Assembly: GCA_963819835.1 (NCBI GenBank)
Contig: CAWFXR010000004.1
Span: 86,443-150,442, forward strand
Reading direction: 5' to 3'
Length of the DNA: 64,000 bases
From: an uncultured Gammaproteobacteria bacterium
GTDB taxonomy: Bacteria > Pseudomonadota > Gammaproteobacteria > Steroidobacterales > Steroidobacteraceae
Position numbers and translations under genes: made by a program. The notes below the pieces were generated by a model that saw only the letters and a list, made by a program, of their open reading frames with translations, searched no databases and was not told the origin of the DNA. Positions within the stretch are counted from its first letter, which is position 1; every line of letters begins with the position of its first letter. This document shows positions 25,540 through 36,324 of the stretch, in pieces.

Positions 25540-25656
25540 CGACAGCTATTCGACATGGGCCGCGAATGCAGGCGTATCTTCCGCCTGCAGTTCGCGCTCC
25601 ATCGTATCTGCGTCCGCCACCCGGCCGAGCAGGAGCCGAGCAGGAGAAGTGCATAC

Positions 25657-27132
25657 ATGAAGACGCTTACAGGATTCCATTCCACGATCGTGCTGCTTGT
25701 CGCCGCGGCAGCGCTCGTCAGTGGTTGCGGCAAGAAGGAAGAACCGATTGCACAGGCCGAAAAGAACGCCTCGGCCGTCGGCGTTTCCGCGCCGGGCATT
25801 GCCGAGACCAAGGCGATTGCCGAGGAGGCGTTCATCTACGGCCTGCCGATCGTCATGAACTACGCCGTGATGAACGAATTCGTCGTCGACAGGAACTCGG
25901 GGCAATACAAGGCGCCGTTCAACACCATCCACAACGAGGCGCGCGTCTTCACCTACCAGGACACGACCGTCGTTACGCCGAACAGCGACACGCCGTATTC
26001 GATGCTCTGGCTGGACCTGCGCGCGGAGCCGATGGTGATCTCGGTGCCGGCGGTGCCCAGGGAGCGCTATTACTCGGTGCAGTTGACCGACGGAAATGCC
26101 TACAACTATGGCTACATCGGCAGCCGTGCCACGGGTACCGATCCCGGCGACTATCTGGTCGCAGGCCCCGGCTGGAGCGGCGAGACGCCCGCGGGTATCA
26201 AGAAGGTGTTCCACTCGACGACCCCGTTTGCACTAAGCATCTTTCGCACGCAGCTCTTCAACGCCGACGACATGCCGAACGTGGTCAAGGTCCAGGCAGG
26301 CTACAAGGCGCAGCCGTTGTCGGCGTTCCTGAAGCAACCCGCGCCGCCCGCCGCACCCGCTGTCAACTTCCTGCCCGCCACGACCGCAGGGATCAAGCAG
26401 AATTTCTATGCGTATCTCGACGCTGCCCTCGAGTTCGTGCCGGTGACCGAGCAGGACAAGGACATCCGGGCCAGGCTGGCCAGCATCGGCATCGGCCCCG
26501 GCAAGACTTTCGAGTTCAAGGACCTGTCGCCGGAACACAAGGCCGTCATCCTGCTTGCGATGAAGGAAGGCGATGACAAGGTGGACCAGTACCTGGCCAG
26601 CGGAATGAAGCAGGTCAATGGCTGGAAGGTTGGTTCGATGTTTGGCGACAGCGCTTTCTACAATGGCGACTGGCTCAAGCGCGCCGCTGCGGCAAAGGGC
26701 GGCATTTACGGAAACGACGCCGTCGAGGCCATGTATCCGATGACCCGAGCCGACGCGACCGGCGAGACGCTCGACGGCAGCAAGCACAACTACACGCTCA
26801 CCTTCGCCGCGGGCGAACTGCCGCCGGTCAATGCCTTCTGGTCGGTGACGATGTACGACGGCAAGACGCAACTGCTGATCGAGAACCCGATCAATCGCTA
26901 TCTAATCAATTCGCCGATGCTGCCGGCCATGAAGAAGAATCCGAACGGATCGCTGACGCTCTATATCCAGAAGGACACGCCGGGCAAGGACAAGGAGGCA
27001 AACTGGCTGCCGGCGCCGAACGGGCCCATCTACCTGGTGATGCGCCTGTACTGGCCGAAGGACACGCCACCGTCGATCCTGCCGCCCGGCGAGGGGACCT
27101 GGCAGCCGCCCGGAATCGTCGCGGCGGAGTAA
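25657..27132 (+). CDS. DUF1254 + DUF1214 domain lipoprotein
   Basis: Internal ATG at 25657, VSGC lipobox, and the conserved FIYGLPIVMNY ... TPNSDTPYS region. Confidence 0.8.
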   Translation: MKTLTGFHSTIVLLVAAAALVSGCGKKEEPIAQAEKNASAVGVSAPGIAETKAIAEEAFIYGLPIVMNYAVMNEFVVDRNSGQYKAPFNTIHNEARVFTYQDTTVVTPNSDTPYSMLWLDLRAEPMVISVPAVPRERYYSVQLTDGNAYNYGYIGSRATGTDPGDYLVAGPGWSGETPAGIKKVFHSTTPFALSIFRTQLFNADDMPNVVKVQAGYKAQPLSAFLKQPAPPAAPAVNFLPATTAGIKQNFYAYLDAALEFVPVTEQDKDIRARLASIGIGPGKTFEFKDLSPEHKAVILLAMKEGDDKVDQYLASGMKQVNGWKVGSMFGDSAFYNGDWLKRAAAAKGGIYGNDAVEAMYPMTRADATGETLDGSKHNYTLTFAAGELPPVNAFWSVTMYDGKTQLLIENPINRYLINSPMLPAMKKNPNGSLTLYIQKDTPGKDKEANWLPAPNGPIYLVMRLYWPKDTPPSILPPGEGTWQPPGIVAAE

Positions 27133-27156
27133 CGACAGAACCACTGGAGACGACCG

Positions 27157-27915
27157 ATGGCAAATGCCGAAAATCCCACCATCGTCATCACCGGCGCCTC
27201 GTCGGGCATCGGCCGCGCGCTGGCGGTCGAGATGGCGGGCCGCGGCTACGCCCTCGGCCTGACCGCCCGCCGCATGGCGCTGCTGGAACAGCTCCGCGAT
27301 GAACTCCGTACGACCCATGGAGACGGCTTGCGTGTCGAACTCGCCACGCTGGATGTCTGCGCCACCGACAGTGTCGGGCCGGCGCTGCACGACCTGTTCG
27401 CGCGGCTCGACGGCATCGACACGATCGTGGTGAATGCCGGCGCCAACGACGTAACGCGCATCGGCGGCGGTCACCTGGCCAAGGAGCTCAACCTGATACA
27501 GACCAACCTCGCGGGCGCGATCGCGACGATCAATGCCGCCACCGAACACTTCCTGCCGCGCGGCAAGGGGCACATCGTCGGCATCTCGTCGCTGGCCTCG
27601 CTGCAGCCGATCGCGGGCCAGGCCGCCTACTGCGCCAGCAAGGCCGGTTTCTCGATGTACCTGGAATCGGCTCGCGTCGAACTCCGCCGCAAGGGAATTG
27701 CCGTGACAAGCATCCTGCCCGGCTACATCAAGACCGACATCGTCGAAGGTGTCGACATCGGGCAGATGCCGTTCGCGATACCGGTCGAGCAGGCCGCGCG
27801 CGAGATGGCCAGGCTGATCGAAAAGCGCGTGAAGTCGGGCGTGGTACCGGCATTTCCGTGGAAGCTGGTGCGGCCGTTCCTCGGGCACCTCCCCGAGCGC
27901 TTCGCCAGCCACTAG
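27157..27915 (+). CDS. SDR-family oxidoreductase
   Basis: TGASSGIG cofactor motif and YCASK catalytic motif. Confidence 0.85.
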   Translation: MANAENPTIVITGASSGIGRALAVEMAGRGYALGLTARRMALLEQLRDELRTTHGDGLRVELATLDVCATDSVGPALHDLFARLDGIDTIVVNAGANDVTRIGGGHLAKELNLIQTNLAGAIATINAATEHFLPRGKGHIVGISSLASLQPIAGQAAYCASKAGFSMYLESARVELRRKGIAVTSILPGYIKTDIVEGVDIGQMPFAIPVEQAAREMARLIEKRVKSGVVPAFPWKLVRPFLGHLPERFASH

Positions 27916-27916
27916 C

Positions 27917-28282
27917 TCACGACGCCTGGGTTTTCGCCTTCATCCCGTCGTTCGACGACCGGAACAGCAGGGCCGTCAGGATCACGTGCAGGATGACCGC
28001 GGGCCACAGCAGCACGCCCCCCATGCCGCCCGCGACGCCCAGGTACGCCAGGTACAGCGCTACACCGGCGCTGTAGATCAACATACCGACTCTCGGCGGA
28101 CGACCCGGCCAGCAGGCGACCGCCAGGCTGACCAGCGCGATGCCGGCCACGCGCGCGAGCGCCATGGAGATACCGGTGAGCTCGACGCCAAGCAACAGTT
28201 GCCCGACGAGCGAGGGAACCACCACCAACCCAAGTCCGGTCACGGCCTCGCCGATCGCGGCAATCGCGAGCACATTTTTCAT
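27917..28282 (-). CDS. Small 4-TM membrane protein
   Basis: 121 aa from the internal ATG at 28282, with a GAGAGG SD. Hydrophobic throughout. Confidence 0.55.
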   Translation of the reverse strand: MKNVLAIAAIGEAVTGLGLVVVPSLVGQLLLGVELTGISMALARVAGIALVSLAVACWPGRPPRVGMLIYSAGVALYLAYLGVAGGMGGVLLWPAVILHVILTALLFRSSNDGMKAKTQAS

Positions 28283-28534
28283 TCTATCCGCCTCTCGTCC
28301 CGTCTCGACCCGGAGCCGGATCGAGGCGGCATTGTAGGGCCGCTGCGTCGCAAGTCCATCCCGCCACCGGCGACCCGGCCGGAACGTACTCCCCTGGCAA
28401 GGCTCGCCACGATCTGACCATGCAAAGACAGCGCGACGACTGATACTCTTGGCGCCAGGTTCCGACCGCGGCCCGGGTGATTTTCCGGGTCCGCCCTCGA
28501 ACCGACTCTTCGCTATCACTTCGGAGTCACAGTC

Positions 28535-31206
28535 ATGACGTCACGCCCTTTCGCGACCACCCTGGCGCTCGTTGCCCTGGTGACGCTCGGCGCCTGCCAG
28601 AAGGAGGAGCCCGGACAATCCACGTCGGCGAAGTCCGTGACCGACGAGACAGCAAAGCCGGCAGCGCCGGCCGGGCGGTCCGCAGAACCGACGCCGCAGC
28701 CGAACCCGGAGCGCAACGCGTACTTCGGCGAGACGCACATTCACACCAGCTGGTCGGTCGACGCCTGGGTGATGGGCAACCGCATCACCGGCCCGGCCGA
28801 CGCCTACAAGTACGCCCAGGGCGAGACGATCAAGCACCCGATGGGCTTCGACATCAAGATCGACACGCCGCTCGACTTCATGGGCGTGACCGATCACTCG
28901 GAGTACGTCGGAGTCACCAAGCAGGCCAACACCCCGGGGTCGTACGTGAGCAAGCTGCCCGAGGCGCAGCCGATGATCATGAAGGACCCGACAAGTCAGG
29001 CCGAGCAGAACCGGGTCTTCTCCTACCTGCTCAAGCTGGGCGCCGGCGCGCCGGTGAAGGCGTTCATGGACCCGAAGATCACCGCCACCGTGTGGAAGGA
29101 GAACGTGCAGATCGCCGACGAGGCCAACAAGCCCGGCAAGTTCACCGCGTTCTGCTCGTACGAGTGGACCTCGATGCCGGACAACCGCAACCTGCACCGC
29201 AACGTCTTCTTCCGGGACTGCGCCAAGGTGCCGGACTATCCCTTCAGCTCGCTCGACTCCACTCGCCCCACGGAACTGTGGAACTGGATGGACGCGCAGC
29301 GCAAGGCGGGCAACGAACTGCTCGCGATCTCGCACAACGCCAACGTCAGCGACGGCTGGATGTACCCGGTCGACGTCGACCAGACCACCGGGCGGCCGAT
29401 CGACGCCGCCTGGGCGGCCTCGCGCGACCGCAACGAGCGACTGGTCGAGATCAAGCAGGGCAAGGGACAGTCGGAGACGCATCCGCTGCTGTCGCCCAAC
29501 GACGAGTTCGCGAGCTACGAGATGTATGAGGCCCTGCTCGGCCTTCCGGCCGACGTCGGCCGCATCGACCGCATCACGGGCAGCTACGCGCGCCAGGCGT
29601 TCAAGGACGGCATCACGATGCAGGACACGCGCGGCTACAACCCGTACAAGTTCGGCATGGCCGGCGGCTCCGACTCGCACAACACCGGCAGCCCGTACCG
29701 CCAGGACAACTTCTTCGGCCTGCACGCCGACGCCGACGGCACGATCGAGCGGCGCTTCGCCGGCGTACTGATCGGCGGCACGATGGACGTGCGCCTGGAA
29801 AACCCCGGCGGGCTGACCGGCGTGTGGGCCGAGGAGAACACCCGCGCTTCGCTGTGGGACGCGATGTACCGCAAGGAGACGTTCGGCGTCAGCGGCCCGC
29901 GCATCAAGGTGCGCCTCTTCGGCGGCTGGGGCTACGACAACGACATCCTGAAGGCCAGGGACTGGGTGAAGCAGTCCTACGCAGGCGGCGTGCCGATGGG
30001 CGCGGACCTGCCGCCGATGCCCTCGGGCGGCAAGGGCACGGCGCCGAGCTTCGTCGTCTGGGCGGTGAAGGACCCGACCTCGGGCAATCTCGACCGCATC
30101 CAGGTCATCAAGGGCTGGACGCAGGATGGCCAGAGCTTCGAGAAGATCTTCGACGTCGCGTGGTCCGGCGATCGCAAGCCCGACAAGTGGACGGGCCGGG
30201 TGCCGGCCATCCTCAGCACGGTGGATCTCGACAAGGCCACCTACACGAACGACGTCGGCTCGACGGAACTGAAGACGGTGTGGACCGATCCGGAGTTCGA
30301 CGCCAGCCAGCACGCCTTCTACTACGCGCGCGTGCTGGAGATTCCCGACGCCGCGCTGGACGCTGATCCAGGCGGTCAAGTCGGGACTGCCGCCGCCCGA
30401 CATCGTGCCGCTCACCGGGCAGGAACGCGCCTGGACCTCGCCGATCTGGTACACGCCATCGGCGGATGCGCGCAAGGACGCCCCGGCGGGCACGACCGTC
30501 GCCGACCTGAAGGCGAAGGGCGCCGCTGCGCTTAGCGACGCGCAGCTGAAGGAACTCATCGTCGGCAAGGCTTTCTGGCTGCGCAACAACGTCACTGGCG
30601 AGCAGTTCAGCCAGAACTTCACGGCCGACGGCAACACGATCGTGTTCCGCGTCGGATTCGAACGCCGATACGCCGAGCGGTTTCGGCAAACTCGCGCAGG
30701 ATGGATACGAGGGCTTGACCAGCCGCTACCAGATCCAGGGTGGCAAGCTCATAACCTTCGTCTCGCAGGACCCGTACGCGTTCACGTTCTACAAGCTTGG
30801 CGACATCTACTACGCCGCGCGCAGCAACGAGTTCGGCTACGCAAACTACGAGATCGTCGCTGCACCGCAGATCGGCGCGAACCCGCTGACGGCGATGTCG
30901 AACCAGTTCTCGATTGAACTGGGCCTGACGGAAGAGCAGAAGGCGCAGATCCTGCCGATGCTGAAGCAGGAGTTCCAGCAGCTGGGGGCGCTGAAGAAGA
31001 ACGCCACTCTCGGCGGCGTGCAGAAGGTGGAGGAGCTGCACAAGCTCGGCGCCTCGTTCGACGAAAAGATCTCGCCGCTGCTCAACCCGGAGCAGCAGAA
31101 GAAGTTCCAGGCCATGCGCGACCAGATGCGGGAGCGGATGATCGAAGGAGCGGCCGAAAAGGCCAAGGCGAAAGTGGAAGCGCAGTTCAGCGACGTGCAC
31201 AAGTAG
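28535..31206 (+). pseudogene. DUF3604 (PHP-like) lipoprotein with C-terminal extension ending in LTxxQ/Spy-like repeats; two frame disruptions
   Basis: LGAC lipobox and [12 protein letters not shown] motif. Conserved sequence continues from ORF 28535-30535 into 30405-30917 (switch at the CCC run 30344-30346), then into 30715-31206 (switch near 30648-30655). Confidence 0.7.
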
Positions 31207-31275
31207 CGTTAGAAGAGCCAGAACACGGGCCGCGATGGAAGCATCGCGGCCTGTGCCGATTTGCCTGTGAGCACC

Positions 31276-32212
31276 ATGAGACGCCTACTCCGCGAACCGC
31301 TGGTCCACTTCCTGTTGATCGGCGCGTTCCTGTTCGGCGTCTACGGGCTTGCATCGCCCCGACTCCCATCCCTCGCCTCGTCCAGTGAGATCCGACTCTC
31401 GCTCGACGAGATTGCCCAGCTCACGCAGCTGTTCGAGTCGCAGTGGCGTCGACCGCCGACGCCGCAGGAACTCGATCTCATGGTCGAGAACAAGGTCCAG
31501 CAGGAAATCCTTTACCGCGAGGCGCTCGCGATGGGCCTCGACAAGGACGACGAGATCGTCAAGCGCCGCATGGCGCAGAAGATGCAGTTCCTGGCCGAGG
31601 ACACGGCCGCCGCGTACGAACCGACGACAGCCGAGCTAAGGAGCTGGTTCGAGAAAAACACCGCCAGGTTCGCGCAACCCCCCCGGCTGAGCTTCCGGCA
31701 CCTGTACTTCTCGCCGGACCGGCGTGGCGTCCACGCGCGGGACGATGCGGAGCAGGCGCTCGCGAAACTGACGGGCCAGCCGGTCGACACGACGATCGCG
31801 AACTCACTCGCTGACCCGTTCATGTTCCAGGACTACTACCGTGATCGTGCGCCTGAGTTCCTGGGCAAGGAATTCGGACCGCAGTTCGCGCTGGCGGTGG
31901 CCCAGCTGTCCGCCCGGATCATGGCAGGGGCCCGTCGAGTCAGGATTCGGCTGGCACCTCGTGTTCGTGGACACCCTGGTTCCCGGTCGCATACCGGCCT
32001 TCGAGGAGGTCGAACCCGACGTCAAGGCCGCGTGGCTCAGCGAGCAGAAGGCGCAGGCCCTGGACAAGTCGTACAAGGCCATGCGCGCCAGGTACACCGT
32101 GCTGCTGCCGGGGCCGCCTGACGACGAGGCGCCCGCGCTTTCCACGGGCGATGCAACCGCGAAGGTCCCGCCGAATCCAGCTCCCGACCCGGCCGACGTC
32201 GCGCCGCTGTGA
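31276..32212 (+). pseudogene. PpiC/parvulin-type peptidyl-prolyl isomerase-like protein, one frame disruption
   Basis: N-terminal TM segment and SurA-like helical region lie in ORF 31261-32121. The rotamase core (GPVESGFGWHLVFV) lies in ORF 31841-32212. The frame switch is near 31906-31915. Confidence 0.7.
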
Positions 32213-33246
32213 GATCCTGTCGAACTTTCTCGAGCTTTCGACTCGCCTGCCTGGTGCTGGCTTTTCTCGTCGCTCTGACGGTGGCGGTCCCCGTGGCCCA
32301 GGCCCACGAGGCGCGACCCGCCTACCTTGAACTGAAGGAAACCGGTCCAGGCCAGTATTCCGTGCTCTGGCGCACGCCGGTGCTGGCCGGGCGGCGCCTG
32401 CCCGTGGCGCTCAGCCTGCCGGACGGCGTGCGCAACACGCGGCCGCCGGCAGTGCAGGAGCTCGCGGACTCGCTGGTCGAGCGCCGGTGGATCGACGCCG
32501 GGCCCGACGGACTCGCCGGCAAGCGCATCGAGTTCCCGGGGCTGCAGCTCACGATCACGGACGTCCTCGCCCGCGTGGAACTTCAGGATGGCCGCAGCTG
32601 GACCACGATTGCGCGTCCGTCTGCACCCTGGATCGAGGTCACGGCGGCGCAGTCAACCTTGCAGGTGGCGGGTAATTTCATCCTGGAAGGCATCCGGCAC
32701 ATTCTCTACGGAGCCGATCACCTTCTGTTCGTGCTCGGCCTGCTGCTGATCGTGCGCAACGGCTGGACGCTGGTGAAGACCATCACCGCCTTCACCGTCG
32801 CCCACAGCATCACGCTGGCCGCCGCGGCGCTCGGATACGCCCAGGTGCCGGCGCCGCCCGTTGAAGTGGCCATCGCGCTCAGCATCCTGTTCCTCGGCCC
32901 GGAGATCGTCAGGCGGTGGCGCGGCGAGACCAGCTTCACCATCCGGAATCCCTGGGTGGTGGCCTTCGCGTTCGGCCTGCTGCACGGTTTCGGCTTCGCA
33001 AGCGCGCTGACCAGCGCCGGGCTCCCCGGTTCGGACATTCCACTGGCGCTGCTCTGCTTCAACGTCGGAGTCGAACTCGGACAACTTGCGTTCGTAGCGT
33101 TCGTGCTCGCGCTCGAGCGCGCGTTCAGGTTGATCCCGGTTGCCTGGCCGGGATGGGTGCGGCTCGCACCGGGCTACGCAGTCGGGTCGATGGGCGCCTT
33201 CTGGCTGATCCAGCGCATGGAAGTATTCATACACGCATTGCGTTGA
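32209..33246 (+). CDS. HupE/UreJ-family metal transporter with N-terminal periplasmic extension
   Basis: 345 aa. Signal peptide ends AQA|HEARP. The C-terminal half has the HupE_UreJ TM pattern (GIRHILYGADHLLFVLGLLL, LHGFGFA). Confidence 0.8.
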   Translation: MRSCRTFSSFRLACLVLAFLVALTVAVPVAQAHEARPAYLELKETGPGQYSVLWRTPVLAGRRLPVALSLPDGVRNTRPPAVQELADSLVERRWIDAGPDGLAGKRIEFPGLQLTITDVLARVELQDGRSWTTIARPSAPWIEVTAAQSTLQVAGNFILEGIRHILYGADHLLFVLGLLLIVRNGWTLVKTITAFTVAHSITLAAAALGYAQVPAPPVEVAIALSILFLGPEIVRRWRGETSFTIRNPWVVAFAFGLLHGFGFASALTSAGLPGSDIPLALLCFNVGVELGQLAFVAFVLALERAFRLIPVAWPGWVRLAPGYAVGSMGAFWLIQRMEVFIHALR

Positions 33247-33310
33247 ACGTAGCCGTTGTGAGGCGCGCTTGCAGCGATACCGCCGACGGCCGCATCGCCA
33301 GGCGCTCGGA

Positions 33311-33721
33311 TCACCGCATGAACTGGCGGAGCGACTGACTGACCGACAGAAGTTGCGGGCCATCCATCCGCCCGATGATGTTGCGGATGACGGTCGCGAG
33401 TACCTGTTGCACGCCCGCCATACCGATGCTCGCGGACTGTTCCAGGACGAAGCCGGCCCTCGCGACCTTTAGTGGCTTGACGAAGTAGTAGTGCAAGCCA
33501 CTGTTGGTGAACTCGATGGCGATGTCGGCGAGATCGCTGCGGTGCACGGTAGGATCCCGGGCGTTCTCGAGCGCAGTGAGCAGCACGACGGTTTTTTCGT
33601 GCAGTTGCTCCGAGTGATAGAAGCGCACAAACGGTCTGGCGGTTGACTCTGACGGGGCTTCGACCCGCCGCGCGGACTTCACGCGCCGGGAGCCAGACTT
33701 GCGCTTCGAACGAGTGGCCAT
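33311..33721 (-). CDS. Hypothetical protein with basic N-terminus
   Basis: 136 aa from an internal ATG. I do not recognise any motif. Confidence 0.45.
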   Translation of the reverse strand: MATRSKRKSGSRRVKSARRVEAPSESTARPFVRFYHSEQLHEKTVVLLTALENARDPTVHRSDLADIAIEFTNSGLHYYFVKPLKVARAGFVLEQSASIGMAGVQQVLATVIRNIIGRMDGPQLLSVSQSLRQFMR

Positions 33722-33968
33722 GCTCCGGATAATACTCGGTGACCCGCCATCGAGTGCGAGTCGCAACCGACGAGTCTGGAATCCGCGCTCGCGACGTATG
33801 ACTGCCAGACTGCTGCCGTCGAACACACCTGCCGTTACGTCTGCGTTGTCCACCGCACCGACAACAGGGAAACCGTCTCAGATACTGTCGTTCTGGCCGT
33901 TTGCATCCGCACGCATGTTTGACGGTCGATGATGACCCGATCATTCGGAACATTCACTGGAGACGAAG

Positions 33969-34427
33969 ATGACAAGCACCACTCTGGAACGCGAACGGAA
34001 CAAGACTGCGAACCCGCCTCCGATCCCGGGTCGGCTCGGCACGCATCCGGTTGGAACCGGGCTCGGCGCGGTAGCAGGCGCCGTGGCCGGTGGCATGGCC
34101 GGAAAGCGGATCGCAGACTTGATCGATCCCACCGCCGAGGAAGCTTACTGGCGCGAGAATTTCTCGAGCCGACCGTACGTCACTCGCGGGACAGCCTTTA
34201 ACGAGTATCGTCCCGCCTATCTCTACGGCGTCGACGCCTACGCACGGCGTGAAGGCCGCTCGTTGGAACAGGTGGAACCCGAACTGATGCGCGATTGGGA
34301 CCGCACCAAAGGCATATCCAGCCTGACGTGGGATGACGCCAAGCACGCGACCCGTGACGCCTGGCAGCACGTCAGCGACTTCGTTGAGCGCGCGACGCCT
34401 GGGGATTCTGATCACGACGGGAAGTAA
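33969..34427 (+). CDS. Hypothetical stress-cluster protein with glycine-zipper segment
   Basis: 152 aa with a GTGLGAVAGAVAGGMAG segment and a Trp/Tyr-rich soluble domain. Confidence 0.6.
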   Translation: MTSTTLERERNKTANPPPIPGRLGTHPVGTGLGAVAGAVAGGMAGKRIADLIDPTAEEAYWRENFSSRPYVTRGTAFNEYRPAYLYGVDAYARREGRSLEQVEPELMRDWDRTKGISSLTWDDAKHATRDAWQHVSDFVERATPGDSDHDGK

Positions 34428-34563
34428 GTCGCAACCGGCGGTCCACACGGGACCGTGATCTGACGACTGAGCCGGAAACGTCGCCTGCATTGACCTTGCA
34501 GCGTCAGCCTTCGGGTAACGCGCTGCTGCCGCGCACTCGGTGCGCTCTCGAATGGAGATGAAC

Positions 34564-35001
34564 ATGAACTATATGGAACGCGATACCTACGGCATCTACA
34601 AGACGAACCTCATGGCGGGGCCCGACATGCGGCATGGGCCCGGCCCGGAACTGATGGGCGCCGAGACCCTGATCGGCAGCGACGTCTTCAACAAGCAGGA
34701 AGAAGACCTGGGTGACATCAAGGAAATCATGCTGGACATGCGCAGCGGCCACGTGGCCTACGCCGTGTTGTCCTTCGGTGGGTTTCTCGGCATGGGCGCG
34801 AAGCTCTTCGCAGTGCCTTGGCGCGCGCTGACGCTCGACACCGAGCACAAGCGCTTCGTGCTGGACGTCGAAAAGGACCGACTGTCCAGCGCCCCGGGAT
34901 TCGACAAGGACAAGTGGCCAAACATGGCAGACGCCGCGTGGGCCGAGAGCATCCATGCCTACTATGGGACGAAGCCCTACGAGCGCAAGTTGGACGCGTA
35001 G
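34564..35001 (+). CDS. PRC-barrel domain protein
   Basis: Pattern LIGSDVFN...LGDIKEIMLDMRSGHVAYAVLSFGGFLGMGAKLFAVPW. The start is ambiguous (GTG 34540; ATG 34552, 34558 or 34564); GGAG precedes 34564. Confidence 0.75.
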   Translation: MNYMERDTYGIYKTNLMAGPDMRHGPGPELMGAETLIGSDVFNKQEEDLGDIKEIMLDMRSGHVAYAVLSFGGFLGMGAKLFAVPWRALTLDTEHKRFVLDVEKDRLSSAPGFDKDKWPNMADAAWAESIHAYYGTKPYERKLDA

Positions 35002-35240
35002 GTACTGTGTGGGTCCGGCGGTTGCCGCCGGACTCATCCCGATGATCGTTTGGATGCGTGCGCCGGGCCGGCTTGGGAGCACCCGACGGCATGGACATGG
35101 CCGCTCAGAACACCTGACGAGCAGGTCACGGCAATCTGTACGGTAGGCAACAGACCGGCCGGAAATGGACGCCTAGCCTGTATCCGAATGCGAAGGCCTG
35201 CCATGGCCGATGAGATCTGCAACATGATTAGGAAACACGT

Positions 35241-35792
35241 ATGAAAACTAGATTTCTGAAACTGACCGTAATCCTGGGAATGCTGGCCATAGCGAGCGCC
35301 TGCACCGCTACGCGCACGCAGGAGTCGGCCGGAGAGGTCTTCGACGACAGCGTACTGACCTCCAAGGTGAAGGTCGCACTGATCGACGATCCGGTCACCA
35401 AGGCTGGCCAGATCAACGTCGAGACCTACCGCGGCGTCGTTCAGCTCGGTGGCTTTGTCGACAACACCCAGCAGAAACAGCAGGCCACTAAGGTGGCGCG
35501 CGCGGTCCCGGGCGTCAAGGAGGTCCGTAACGATCTCCGCATCAGCACGAAGCCGCATGCGACGACCGGCCAGGACGTCGATGACAGCATGGTGACGGCC
35601 TCGGTCAAGGCGAAACTCATGGACGATCCGGCGACCAAGGCGTACCAGATCAACGTGGGAACGGAAAAGGGTGTGGTGCAGCTGACCGGGTTCGTCGATT
35701 CAACGACCATGAAGACCCGGGCCGGCGAAGTTGCGCGCTCCGTAGACGGTGTCAAAGCGGTGCGCAACGATCTCGAGATCCGGCAGAAGTAA
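35241..35792 (+). CDS. OsmY-like lipoprotein with two BON domains
   Basis: ASAC lipobox. Two copies of the pattern D..L...VK.AL..D......I.V....GVV.L.GFV. Confidence 0.85.
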   Translation: MKTRFLKLTVILGMLAIASACTATRTQESAGEVFDDSVLTSKVKVALIDDPVTKAGQINVETYRGVVQLGGFVDNTQQKQQATKVARAVPGVKEVRNDLRISTKPHATTGQDVDDSMVTASVKAKLMDDPATKAYQINVGTEKGVVQLTGFVDSTTMKTRAGEVARSVDGVKAVRNDLEIRQK

Positions 35793-35870
35793 TGTCGAAG
35801 CGGAAGCGCGGATCGGACGAAGCTGGGTGTCCTGGACCGTTGTCCTAAGATCGCCCTGCGCCTGAAGGCA

Positions 35871-35902
35871 TCAAGCGCTTACAAATTGCCGTAAGCGCTT
35901 GA
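35871..35902. terminator. Perfect 12 bp stem / 8 nt loop hairpin downstream of the BON gene
   Basis: TCAAGCGCTTAC aaattgcc GTAAGCGCTTGA, 79 nt after the stop. There is no U tract. Confidence 0.3.
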
Positions 35903-36324
35903 TGCAGATGGCGAGTCGACAATGATGAATCCAGGTACTGGGGTGCCGTCCAATCGGTCCGATCACGTTCCGTGTTGCCGGTCTCGCCTCAGGAAGCGAC
36001 CGCGTCCCCACTTTTCGCCAGGATCGGAAGTCCAGCTGCCGATCCCACCCGACGCTCACCAGTGGCGACATAGCATCGGCCCGGCTACCGAACGACGCGT
36101 CGTGGACTGAATGACGTCCCATCGATTTTGAGAGGCGGGATCGACTTCCAATGCTGGACCGCCACGTTGACGGCTGCGGCCGAGCGCGGGGGTCGGGGAC
36201 CGAAGATCGGACCACAGAAACGCTCTGCGCCGGTCGCATGCGCAAGTGTTACGCGCGGAACGCCGCGTTTGCCTGGGTCAGGCCACGCTTCCCGCGGAGA
36301 ACGATGGGCCGACGTCAGGCAGCG

